Shown here: positions 16,985 to 24,654 of the stretch, piece by piece
Layout of the letters: the number at the start of each line of letters is the position of its first letter
How positions within the stretch are numbered: position 1 is the stretch's first letter
Source of the DNA: a virus
Reading direction: 5' to 3' (one strand)
IMG/VR virus record: IMGVR_UViG_3300032274_000021
DNA length: 38,172 bases
Translations under genes and position numbers: made by a program
Notes under the pieces: generated by a model
What the model saw: the letters and a program-made list of their open reading frames with translations, nothing else
Told to the model about the DNA's origin: nothing
The model's database searches: none

Positions 16985-17005
16985 TTGTGATGTGGTGCAC
17001 CACAA
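16985..17005. promoter_or_regulatory. Late-promoter palindrome copy 2 (TTGTGATGTGGTGCACCACAA), a candidate Ogr binding site for the V-W-FI...D operon
   Basis: It is one of three near-identical 21-bp dyads. The dyad centre is 56 nt from the gpV ATG. Confidence 0.65.
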
Positions 17006-17020
17006 GTGCGCAGCATGGCG

Positions 17021-17257
17021 TCATTCTGCCGGTGATTCCTGCGGGGGCGGGTTGGTGATCACGCCCAGCGCAATCTTCTGTTCAACGCCCTGCGCCACTT
17101 CATCCACGCGCGCCTGCGTTGCAGCTTTGTCATATGCGCCCTTGGAATTCAGGCACGCATTCACATTGCGGCGATGCGTCACGCCATCATGGGTGAAGGT
17201 GACGGGCACGGTGCGGGTGTCCGCATCAAATTTGCCGATGGTGGTTTTCATGGTCAA
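17021..17257 (-). CDS. Hypothetical protein (78 aa), last gene of the J-I-H-G operon
   Basis: The ORF overlaps the gpG stop by 4 nt. Confidence 0.55.
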   Translation of the reverse strand: MTMKTTIGKFDADTRTVPVTFTHDGVTHRRNVNACLNSKGAYDKAATQARVDEVAQGVEQKIALGVITNPPPQESPAE

Positions 17258-17661
17258 TTCTCCTGTCCTGATGGGGCGGTCTGGTTGGGTGCAATGGGCC
17301 AGACCACGGATGCCGGATCATCCGCCCACAATGCGGGTATGTCGCGCAGCTGCTGGCGATAGGTGGCCCATGCTTCCCGCTGGGAATCGGTAAACTGGAT
17401 ATCGGGCATCTGGCTGAAATCGGATGCGGCCAGCAGCCGGTCCCGTTCCCGCCGCAGACGTTCCATGATTTCTTCCTTGGGTGGCGGTGGCGGATCGGCG
17501 GCAATGGGGCGGCCATCATCCCCTGCCACAATCATCTTTCCCTGTGCCTGCTGGTTCAGCAGGTCTTCAAATTCCGCCATTGTCAGATCAACGGCATCAG
17601 CTGGCGGCGGAACGTCTGCCGCCTGATGGTAAAATCCGCCGGTCGATGGGCTGAATTTCAT
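17254..17661 (-). CDS. gpG: Tail fibre assembly chaperone (gpG-like)
   Basis: It lies after the fibre gene and contains RRERDRLLAASDFSQMPD...REAWATYRQQLRDIP, typical of fibre assembly proteins. Confidence 0.75.
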   Translation of the reverse strand: MKFSPSTGGFYHQAADVPPPADAVDLTMAEFEDLLNQQAQGKMIVAGDDGRPIAADPPPPPKEEIMERLRRERDRLLAASDFSQMPDIQFTDSQREAWATYRQQLRDIPALWADDPASVVWPIAPNQTAPSGQEN

Positions 17662-17692
17662 GGTCGCTTCCTCTATCAGAACGGGTCAGGGA

Positions 17693-19279
17693 TCACCGCC
17701 CAAAGGCGATGTATTTGAAACTTGTGGTGGTGCTGCCGGAATTGATCACGCTGACGGATGTCAGCGAATTGCTGGTATCGTGAACGTCACCTTCCACATT
17801 GGTGGAAGTGCCGCCGCCTGATGCCAGGGCAAGTGCGCGCCCGGCATAGGCTTGCGCAAATGTGACCGATGCACTGGAATTGCCATTGCAGGAACCTGTG
17901 CCCATCTGGAAATACCAGGGCGTGCCGCCAATTTCGATGCGCAGCACCAATGCTGATGCTGTATCCACCAGAATGGACAGGCCCTTTTGAAAATAGGATG
18001 CGTGCTGGCCATCCAGCAAATCCGCATCCAGACCGGAACCGGAACCATCATTACTGGGGTGGTAATAAGGGCTTCCCTGCTTTGCCACATCCGCGCTGGC
18101 ACCGATATAAATTCCAGCTTCAAAATATGTTGTTGTGGGCGACCCATTGTCGCGCGTCATCACCTCGTTACCGTCAAACACGGTATTGACCCCATCATCC
18201 GGGCCAATCTGAAGGGCGTGAAGCGTGCTGGCGGCGGAAAGATCATCCGTTGCTGTCAGGCGCAGGCGCTGCATGATCACATCGCCCAGGCCCGAATAGT
18301 CCCCCGACAAGCGGCCATCAGGCAAAATTCCCGTGGCGTTGGCCAGATCACGGAAGAAACTGCCATGCTGGCCATCCAGCAAATCCGCATCAATGCCAGA
18401 CCCGGAACCATCCACGGCCAGCAGTTTGGTCAGCACATCAGCATAATAGCTGCCCTGCTGGCCATCCAGCAAATCCGCATCCAGACCGGAACCTGCGCCA
18501 TCCACCGTCAACAATTTGGCCAGCAGCGCAGCAGCCGTAACCAGATTGTCTATATAGGTTTTGGTGGCGGCATGGTTTGCCGCAGTGGGCGCGCCAGAAA
18601 GGGTCAACAGGCCCGTCATCACATCACCCGCCCTGTTTACAGGCGTGTATCCAAGGCGGGCGATAATATTGGCGTAGTAACCCCCATCCTGCCCATCCAG
18701 CAAATCCGCATCCAGACCGGAACCGGAACCATCTACGGCCAGCAGCCACGGCAAAATCGCTGAAACGGCTGCTGCAACTGTCAAGGCGCGCACGGAATCA
18801 GTTCCCGCCTGTGCCTCTGCATTGGTGGTCAATTCAACCACGCCCTGGCGTTCTGTGGTGGCGGGCGGATTGGTGAAATTGGCATTGCCAAAGGTCAGCA
18901 GGGCGGCGGCAATATCGGCAAAGATGGCATCAATCGACAGTGCACCAATGCTCTGCACTGTCTTTTCCAGAATGGGGTCGACCTGCCCATAAATGGCAAA
19001 CATGGTGCCATCATCCAGATAGAGGGCAAATGACCGCAGAGAGTAAACGTCTGCGGTGCTATCCACCATATTGATGTGGATTGTATCATCCGCCACCACT
19101 TCACCGGCAACGCCAGCCACACGCTTGAATTCACCGGCCAGGGCAATGTCCGTTACCGCAGGCACCACCGCCGTTTGCGACAGACCAACTTCGGTAATGG
19201 TCACCGGATCAGTGCCGGTGTTTTGCGCATTGACCAGGGCGGCCCGGCCCGCGTTGGTGACGGTAATATCCAATGGCAT
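17693..19279 (-). CDS. gpH: Tail fibre protein H with four internal DG(S/A)GSG(L/I)DADLLDGQ repeats
   Basis: It follows gpI, is 528 aa long and has a repeat-rich fibre composition. Confidence 0.85.
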   Translation of the reverse strand: MPLDITVTNAGRAALVNAQNTGTDPVTITEVGLSQTAVVPAVTDIALAGEFKRVAGVAGEVVADDTIHINMVDSTADVYSLRSFALYLDDGTMFAIYGQVDPILEKTVQSIGALSIDAIFADIAAALLTFGNANFTNPPATTERQGVVELTTNAEAQAGTDSVRALTVAAAVSAILPWLLAVDGSGSGLDADLLDGQDGGYYANIIARLGYTPVNRAGDVMTGLLTLSGAPTAANHAATKTYIDNLVTAAALLAKLLTVDGAGSGLDADLLDGQQGSYYADVLTKLLAVDGSGSGIDADLLDGQHGSFFRDLANATGILPDGRLSGDYSGLGDVIMQRLRLTATDDLSAASTLHALQIGPDDGVNTVFDGNEVMTRDNGSPTTTYFEAGIYIGASADVAKQGSPYYHPSNDGSGSGLDADLLDGQHASYFQKGLSILVDTASALVLRIEIGGTPWYFQMGTGSCNGNSSASVTFAQAYAGRALALASGGGTSTNVEGDVHDTSNSLTSVSVINSGSTTTSFKYIAFGR

Positions 19280-19305
19280 CGGTCAGGCTCCGAAAAATAA
19301 ATTGA

Positions 19306-19851
19306 TCATGCGGCAGCACCCCAGATGCGCGCCGCGACAACCGGACGGGCCACGGCGCGCAGGCCGACACGGGCACGGGCGGTCTGGGAAACTGTGAAGG
19401 TGAAATGGCTGCGCACCGGCTTTGTTCGGGCGACTTCCGATATGACCGCGTCGATAAATTCCTGTTCCGGCGCTTCGGCGTTTTCCCCACCCAGCGTCAC
19501 AGTCAGGTCAAAGGTGTGCGGTGTACCGATCGGGTCTTGCTGGAACCATTCGCGCACCACCACGCTGCCACCAAAACTGTCCACCACATCGATAACCGAT
19601 TGGGCCGTTCCCTTGATCCTTTGAATTTCAATGGCGGTTGCCACGCGGGCACGGCGGATATGCAGGGGCCAATCGGCAGACCATTGATCGATCGACAATG
19701 CCCAGGCCAGCCAGGGCAGCAATTCTTCCGGGCAGGTTTGCGCAGACCACAGATCGCGATAGGGCGTATTGATTGCGCCGATCCGTGCGCCCAGCAGCTG
19801 TTCCAGCGCCAGTTCCATTTCGGTGGAATTGGGGGGCAGAAGCGTTGTCAT
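19306..19851 (-). CDS. gpI: Baseplate/tail protein I
   Basis: MTTLLPPNSTEMELALEQ...LLPWLAWALSIDQW is the P2 gpI signature. Confidence 0.85.
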   Translation of the reverse strand: MTTLLPPNSTEMELALEQLLGARIGAINTPYRDLWSAQTCPEELLPWLAWALSIDQWSADWPLHIRRARVATAIEIQRIKGTAQSVIDVVDSFGGSVVVREWFQQDPIGTPHTFDLTVTLGGENAEAPEQEFIDAVISEVARTKPVRSHFTFTVSQTARARVGLRAVARPVVAARIWGAAA

Positions 19852-20750
19852 TCACCAACCCCGGCATCGGTCAGGGTGATACCCGTGCAATATCCGCATT
19901 GCTGGCGGGTCAGCACAATGTCTGCGGCGGGTGATACAAGGTCGATATTCTGTACACCTTCCGGGTGCAGGGCGGCGATAATCCCGGCGCGCGTCACATC
20001 CCGCCCCAGGCGCAATGTGGTTTCCAGATGTTCATCAAGGCGTGATTGCGCCTCTGCCAGAACCAGCGCCCGATCGGGGCCGGAAAGGAAGGTCAGCGTG
20101 GCATCAATGGCAAAATTGACGATGGCGGCAGATTGCACGGTGACATTATCGGTCAGCGGGCGCACGCTGGTATCGGTCAGCCTGGCATCCACCGCCGCCA
20201 GCACCGGCGCGCTGGCCGTGCCATCACCCGTGCGGGAAAGCACGGTAACGGTCACATCGCCGGGGGTGGGGCTGATGGCGGACGCATCCAGTACATCGGA
20301 ATCCGCAGACAATGCGTGGAAGATATAGGCACCTTCCGGCCCAGCGACAGAAAACCCTTCCGGTGCCAGAACCATGCGCCGCCGCAGGCTGTCATCACTT
20401 TCATAGGTGGGGTCTATCCCATTGCCCGGATCGCCCGGATCAAGGATAAATCGTTCCACACCCACAATCGCGGCCAATGCATCCAGATCAGCGCCCATTG
20501 CATAGGCGGGCATCACCGCACGCGCCGCATCATTGGCGCGCTGGCGCAGCAACATTTCGCGGTAAGCGAACAGCTGGATCAGCTTCACCACAGGGTCACT
20601 TTCCAGCGCCGCATCAAAATCAGGGAAATAGGTCTGGAACTGGGCCAGTGCCTGCGCATAGATTGTTTCGAAGCTTAACGCTTCCACCACATCGGGCGCG
20701 GGCAAACGGGACAGATCGACCCCGGTAAAACTGTCTGATGCAATGGCCAT
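19848..20750 (-). CDS. gpJ: Baseplate protein J
   Basis: It belongs to the Baseplate_J-like family (FETIYAQALAQFQTYFPDFD...LIQLFAYREMLLRQRANDAARAVM). The start is uncertain: 20750 (MAIASD) or 20774 (MGRGF). Confidence 0.85.
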   Translation of the reverse strand: MAIASDSFTGVDLSRLPAPDVVEALSFETIYAQALAQFQTYFPDFDAALESDPVVKLIQLFAYREMLLRQRANDAARAVMPAYAMGADLDALAAIVGVERFILDPGDPGNGIDPTYESDDSLRRRMVLAPEGFSVAGPEGAYIFHALSADSDVLDASAISPTPGDVTVTVLSRTGDGTASAPVLAAVDARLTDTSVRPLTDNVTVQSAAIVNFAIDATLTFLSGPDRALVLAEAQSRLDEHLETTLRLGRDVTRAGIIAALHPEGVQNIDLVSPAADIVLTRQQCGYCTGITLTDAGVGE

Positions 20751-20796
20751 GCGGCTGATGAAGCCGCGCCCCATGCTTTGTTGCACCCCCCCTTCC

Positions 20797-20817
20797 TTGT
20801 GATGCGGCGCACCACAA
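20797..20817. promoter_or_regulatory. Late-promoter palindrome copy 1 (TTGTGATGCGGCGCACCACAA), between the divergent gpJ and holin operons
   Basis: It was read directly. The dyad centre is 57 nt from the gpJ ATG at 20750 and 82 nt from the holin ATG. Confidence 0.65.
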
Positions 20818-20888
20818 ATTGCCGCACTGGCCCGCACGCATTGGCGCGCAATGGTGGGGCAAATTCAACCGGGATTGCGCGACATCAC

Positions 20889-21209
20889 ATGGACAGACTT
20901 TTTGAAGCGGCTGCTGCACATTTCTGGTGGATCATCGCCGGAATTTCCGGGCGGATGCTGTTCCACACGCGAGAGGCGCAGGCCGGAAACCGCCGGTTCT
21001 GGGGGCGCGAATTGCCGTTTGAACTGCTGGTGGCACTGGGAATGGGCCTGATCGGATATTCGCTGTGTTCGTGGTTCGAACTGGTTGGCCCGGTGGCCGC
21101 CGGGGTGATCAGCGCCGTTGCCTATCTGGGGCCGCGCGCCATCGACACGATGTTTGACCGCGCACTGGAAGCTGGCGGCAATTTCTTTGGCAAGGGGAAG
21201 GGCAAGTGA
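20889..21209 (+). CDS. Putative holin (three predicted TM segments, charged GKGKGK tail)
   Basis: MDRLFEAAAAHFWWIIAGISG..., three hydrophobic stretches, placed immediately upstream of the endolysin with a 4-nt overlap. Confidence 0.6.
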   Translation: MDRLFEAAAAHFWWIIAGISGRMLFHTREAQAGNRRFWGRELPFELLVALGMGLIGYSLCSWFELVGPVAAGVISAVAYLGPRAIDTMFDRALEAGGNFFGKGKGK

Positions 21210-21673
21210 CCAGGCTGACCCCGCATTTCCAACTGTCCGAATTCACCAGCAGCCAGACTGCCCTGCGCCGTGGGCTGGACAATACGCCCCCGCCTGAAGT
21301 GATCGGCAATCTCAAGAATTTGTGTGAATATGTGCTGGAACCCGTGCGCAAACATTTTGGTGCGCCGGTGATTATCAGTTCCGGCTATCGTTCCCCGGCT
21401 GTCAATCGCGCAGTGCGTGGGTCTGCCAGCAGCCAGCATTGCATGGGGCAGGCCGCAGACTTTGAAATCCCCGGCATTTCCAATGTCGATATTGCGGAAT
21501 GGATACGCGACTGGCTGACTTTCGATCAGCTGATCCTGGAATTCTATACGCCCGGCGTGCCAGACAGCGGGTGGGTCCATGTCAGCTGGCGAATGCCATT
21601 GCGCAGGCAGGCGTTGACTGCGGCACGCCTGGCGCGCGGGAAAACACAATATTTTGCCGGGATCGTGGCATGA
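21206..21673 (+). CDS. Endolysin, peptidase M15 (VanY/D-Ala-D-Ala carboxypeptidase-like) family
   Basis: The SGYRS, SQHCMGQAADF and GWVHVSW motifs supply the Zn ligands H, D and H. Confidence 0.85.
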   Translation: MTRLTPHFQLSEFTSSQTALRRGLDNTPPPEVIGNLKNLCEYVLEPVRKHFGAPVIISSGYRSPAVNRAVRGSASSQHCMGQAADFEIPGISNVDIAEWIRDWLTFDQLILEFYTPGVPDSGWVHVSWRMPLRRQALTAARLARGKTQYFAGIVA

Positions 21674-21996
21674 CGCGGGAAAGCCGCATCTCGCCCTTTG
21701 TGCGGCCTGCACTGCTGTTCACCGTGGCGATGGCCTGTTTCGGCGTGGCCTTTCTGGCCGGGGCCATTGAACTGGTAAAACCGGGCTTGGGCATCCGCTT
21801 TGGCAATGCGGTGACGCAGGTGATGCGCAACGTGCCCGATGGATATCTGCAATTGTTCGGCCTGATGTTTTCCACCTATGCGCTGGGAAAAAGCGGCGAA
21901 CGCATTGTGAAGGCGCATTCCAGCGCCAAAAATGATCCGGCCAAATCGGACGGTGACAATATTCTGGCCGCGCTGGACAAGGCGAAAGAACGATGA
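21670..21996 (+). CDS. Membrane protein in the lysis cassette (possible antiholin/lysis regulator)
   Basis: The ATG overlaps the endolysin stop (ATGA). There are two hydrophobic segments (ALLFTVAMACFGVAFLAGAI and YLQLFGLMFSTYAL). Confidence 0.45.
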   Translation: MTRESRISPFVRPALLFTVAMACFGVAFLAGAIELVKPGLGIRFGNAVTQVMRNVPDGYLQLFGLMFSTYALGKSGERIVKAHSSAKNDPAKSDGDNILAALDKAKER

Positions 21997-22367
21997 ACCC
22001 TGTGGCCATCTGGAACGCGCTGATCGGACTGCCGCGATGGGCGCATCTGCTGATGGGGGCGGTGGCGCTGGCCGGGGCGGCGCTGCTGTGGTTGCAGTTC
22101 CATGACCGTGGCGTGGTAAAAAAACATGAAGCCGGTGTTTCTGCCCAGGTGGCTGAAACCGTTACCCATGCCGATCGAACCGCCATTTCCGCTGATCAGG
22201 AACGCGCCAGACAGCGCGCCACCGACAGTGCCGAAACCAAGGGAGCCATTGCCAATGCCCAAGCCAAGCACCCCGATGAAGTGCGCCGCGCTGCTGGCCC
22301 TGCCACCAATGCTGCTGCTGACAGCCTGCGGAAACGAACGGGTCAGGATCGCGGCCCCGCCCGCTGA
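21993..22367 (+). CDS. i-spanin (Rz-like)
   Basis: It has an N-terminal TM segment (LLMGAVALAGAALLWL), a charged helical periplasmic part, and a position after the endolysin. Confidence 0.7.
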   Translation: MNPVAIWNALIGLPRWAHLLMGAVALAGAALLWLQFHDRGVVKKHEAGVSAQVAETVTHADRTAISADQERARQRATDSAETKGAIANAQAKHPDEVRRAAGPATNAAADSLRKRTGQDRGPAR

Positions 22368-22572
22368 ATGGACTGATCCCGTAACCTGGCCGGAAATCCC
22401 GGCAGGTGAAGCACTATGCGCTGATGAAGGTGGGGCGATGGAACCCTGCCTGTCTGACCGGGAAACGGCGGGCCTGCTGGGCGCGCTGGGTGACGCGCTG
22501 GATGCAGCCAATGGCCAGCTGCTGAAGCTGAAAGACTGGTTCGTTGCGGCAGGCGCGGAACCGCAGGACTAA
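22255..22572 (+). CDS. o-spanin (Rz1-like lipoprotein), in the +1 frame, overlapping the 3' end of the i-spanin gene and extending past it
   Basis: It has a lipobox (MKCAALLALPPMLLLTAC with Gly at +2) and a Pro-rich mature part. An alternative start lies at 22276. Confidence 0.65.
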   Translation: MPKPSTPMKCAALLALPPMLLLTACGNERVRIAAPPAEWTDPVTWPEIPAGEALCADEGGAMEPCLSDRETAGLLGALGDALDAANGQLLKLKDWFVAAGAEPQD

Positions 22573-22575
22573 ATT

Positions 22576-22917
22576 ATGCCCGCAACCTTCACCTTCCAAC
22601 GCGGCGAACCCATCATCATTGACCTGGTGATTGATGATGCAGGCTCCATCGATCCCGTCAATGTGACGGTGGCGATGCGCCTGAAGAAAGGGACGCGTCC
22701 CCCGCCACAATCAGACCCTGCCATTGCCGAATTCGTTCTGGCCTATGTTCCCGCCAGCGGCAGTGACATGGCGTATTGGCGCGGCACCATTGCCGATTCA
22801 TCGGCTATCGATCCGGGCGATTATGTTACCGATGCTGTGCTGTCACTGGATGATGCGGTGATCGCCATCACCGATCCGGTGCGGGTGCAGATACGCGGAA
22901 GCGTGACCCCGGCATGA
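22576..22917 (+). CDS. Hypothetical protein (113 aa), beta-rich, possibly an Ig-like virion accessory protein
   Basis: The ORF lies 4 nt after the o-spanin stop, in the same late operon. Confidence 0.6.
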   Translation: MPATFTFQRGEPIIIDLVIDDAGSIDPVNVTVAMRLKKGTRPPPQSDPAIAEFVLAYVPASGSDMAYWRGTIADSSAIDPGDYVTDAVLSLDDAVIAITDPVRVQIRGSVTPA

Positions 22918-23267
22918 GTGTGATGCAGCTTTCTTTCCGGCAGGGGCCGCCCCCCATCGCCCTGTTCTGGCGCGGGCCGCAGCGCGGCGAATATCGCGCC
23001 ATTCCGCGCGATGCGACCGGGGCCATCGCCGCCATTATCGGGCCGCGTGGTGCATCCGGGCCAGCAGGCAATGGCGCGGCGCATGATCAGACCTTCAGCG
23101 CCGCAGCCAGCTGGACGGTGAACCACAATCTGGGCCGCCGCCCTGCCGCCGTGCGGGTGCTGTCCGATGGCGGGATTGAGGTGATCGCAGAGATCATCGA
23201 AATTTCGACCAACCAACTGATTGTTCAATTTGCAGTGCCGCAATCTGGCCGCTGCGTGGTTTTATGA
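22914..23267 (+). CDS. Hypothetical protein (117 aa) with a short collagen-like G-X-Y run and a C-terminal domain paralogous to the C-terminus of the next gene product
   Basis: It contains GPRGASGPAGNG. Its SWTVNHNLGRRPAAVRV...NQLIVQFAVP aligns with SFNLDHNFSSRDVSVEV...NRVTLTFAAAP in the 23279-24070 product. Confidence 0.6.
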   Translation: MSVMQLSFRQGPPPIALFWRGPQRGEYRAIPRDATGAIAAIIGPRGASGPAGNGAAHDQTFSAAASWTVNHNLGRRPAAVRVLSDGGIEVIAEIIEISTNQLIVQFAVPQSGRCVVL

Positions 23268-23278
23268 AGAGGTGAAAC

Positions 23279-24070
23279 ATGGGTAAATCTGTTCTGTCCG
23301 ATCTGGATTTCGGCAATTCGGCACGGGTCACAAACCTGCCAGAACCCGCCAATGCGCAGGATGCCGCGACCAAGAATTATGTTGACAGCGCGGTGGAAGG
23401 GATCGCGTGGAAGGACAGCGTGCGTGTGCATGCACAGGCCAATGTCAATCTGGCGGCACCGGGTGCGGCGATTGATGGCGTGAATATGGCGGTGAATGAT
23501 CGCTTTTGCGCACCGGCGCAGACGGCCACAGAAGAAAACGGTATCTATATCTGGAACGGGGCTGCGGTGCCCGCCACGCGGGCGGGTGATGCCAGCACCG
23601 CAGAGGAACTGGAACAGGCCGTGTTCACTGTGGAGGAAGGCACATCTGCCGGGGCGACATTCCGCCAGACGGCGGTCAATTTCATTCTGGATACAGATCC
23701 TGTGGCCTTCACCAGTTTCGGCACAGCAGCTGGCGCAGCATCAGAAGGCAGCGCAGGCACCGCCGAACTGGCAACGCAGGCGGAAGTGGATACCGGAACG
23801 GATGATGCGCGCATCGTCACCCCGTTGAAGCTGGCCAATTGGGCAGGCCGCAAACGCAAGGCAACCGCCACCATTGGCGATGGTGCGGCGACCAGTTTCA
23901 ACCTGGACCATAATTTCAGCAGCCGCGATGTGAGCGTGGAAGTTTACAAGAATTCGGGCAATTATGATTCCGTTCTGGTGGATGTGACCCGGCCAAGCGT
24001 GAACCGCGTGACATTGACCTTTGCCGCAGCACCGGCGCTGAATTCTTACAATGTGGTGGTGATCGGCTGA
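23279..24070 (+). CDS. Tail-fibre-like protein (263 aa)
   Basis: It has an N-terminal LDFGNSARVTNLPEPANAQDAATKNYVD motif and a fibre-repeat-like GTAELATQAEVDTGTDDARIVTPLKL. There is a Shine-Dalgarno sequence (gaagaggtg). Confidence 0.65.
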   Translation: MGKSVLSDLDFGNSARVTNLPEPANAQDAATKNYVDSAVEGIAWKDSVRVHAQANVNLAAPGAAIDGVNMAVNDRFCAPAQTATEENGIYIWNGAAVPATRAGDASTAEELEQAVFTVEEGTSAGATFRQTAVNFILDTDPVAFTSFGTAAGAASEGSAGTAELATQAEVDTGTDDARIVTPLKLANWAGRKRKATATIGDGAATSFNLDHNFSSRDVSVEVYKNSGNYDSVLVDVTRPSVNRVTLTFAAAPALNSYNVVVIG

Positions 24071-24071
24071 T

Positions 24072-24641
24072 ATGGCCAGCCAGTTCCTGTTTCCCGATAG
24101 TCTGCTTTCACCTGGTGGGTGGACGGGGGATTACAGCGATCTGGACGAGGTTGCGGCATCCGATGCCGACTTTGTGTATTCAAAGGACAGGCCCAATGGT
24201 TCGGCCATCGAAATTGGTCTGTCCAACCCGGCCAGCACGCCGGGCGGTGGGTTGGTGACGCTGAATTACCGCCATGCCCAGGTGCAATCCGGGGTGATCG
24301 ATGGCGGCGGTTCAGCAACCACTTTGGATGTCAGCCTGTACCAAGGTGGAACGCTGATTGCATCCGATGTTCAACAGGCACCGGGCGGTGCTTGGGCAAC
24401 GCGCAGCTGGCAATTTGATCCGGCGGCGGTGACAGACTGGACCGACCTGATATTCATTGCGTCTGCGGATGGTGGTGGTGGCGGACCCAGCAGTCGGCGC
24501 GGCGTTGCATTGTCATGGATCAGGATGGAAATTCCCGGCGCAGAGACAATCTATATAGGTGCAGCGGGGCAGGCCGCACGTTATCTGGGCGCGCGCGCTT
24601 CTGCCGATCTGTATCTGGGGGAAAAGGCCATCTGGCCCTGA
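24072..24641 (+). CDS. Hypothetical protein (189 aa), last gene of the lysis/accessory operon
   Basis: The ORF starts 1 nt after the previous stop. It is Gly-rich and beta-rich. Confidence 0.6.
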   Translation: MASQFLFPDSLLSPGGWTGDYSDLDEVAASDADFVYSKDRPNGSAIEIGLSNPASTPGGGLVTLNYRHAQVQSGVIDGGGSATTLDVSLYQGGTLIASDVQQAPGGAWATRSWQFDPAAVTDWTDLIFIASADGGGGGPSSRRGVALSWIRMEIPGAETIYIGAAGQAARYLGARASADLYLGEKAIWP

Positions 24642-24654
24642 TCCTGCACCGCCA

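Noticed and set aside
17693-19279. Tail-fibre repeats as the template/variable repeats of a diversity-generating retroelement
   Set aside because: There is no reverse transcriptase ORF anywhere in the 38 kb, and the repeats do not show an adenine-specific mismatch pattern. They are in-frame structural repeats.
20786-20792. C7 tract (also C7 at 33982-33988 and T7 at 34234-34240) as phase-variation switches
   Set aside because: They are short and lie in non-coding or leader DNA with no ORF whose frame they would toggle. Only the A7/T7 tract in gpE has a clear recoding role, and the C9 tract at 34430-34438 is noted under the structured locus.
21122-22511. Minus-strand ORFs of 196, 155 and 211 aa opposite the lysis cassette
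   Set aside because: They lie antisense to the motif-supported endolysin and spanin genes, and their products are low in complexity.
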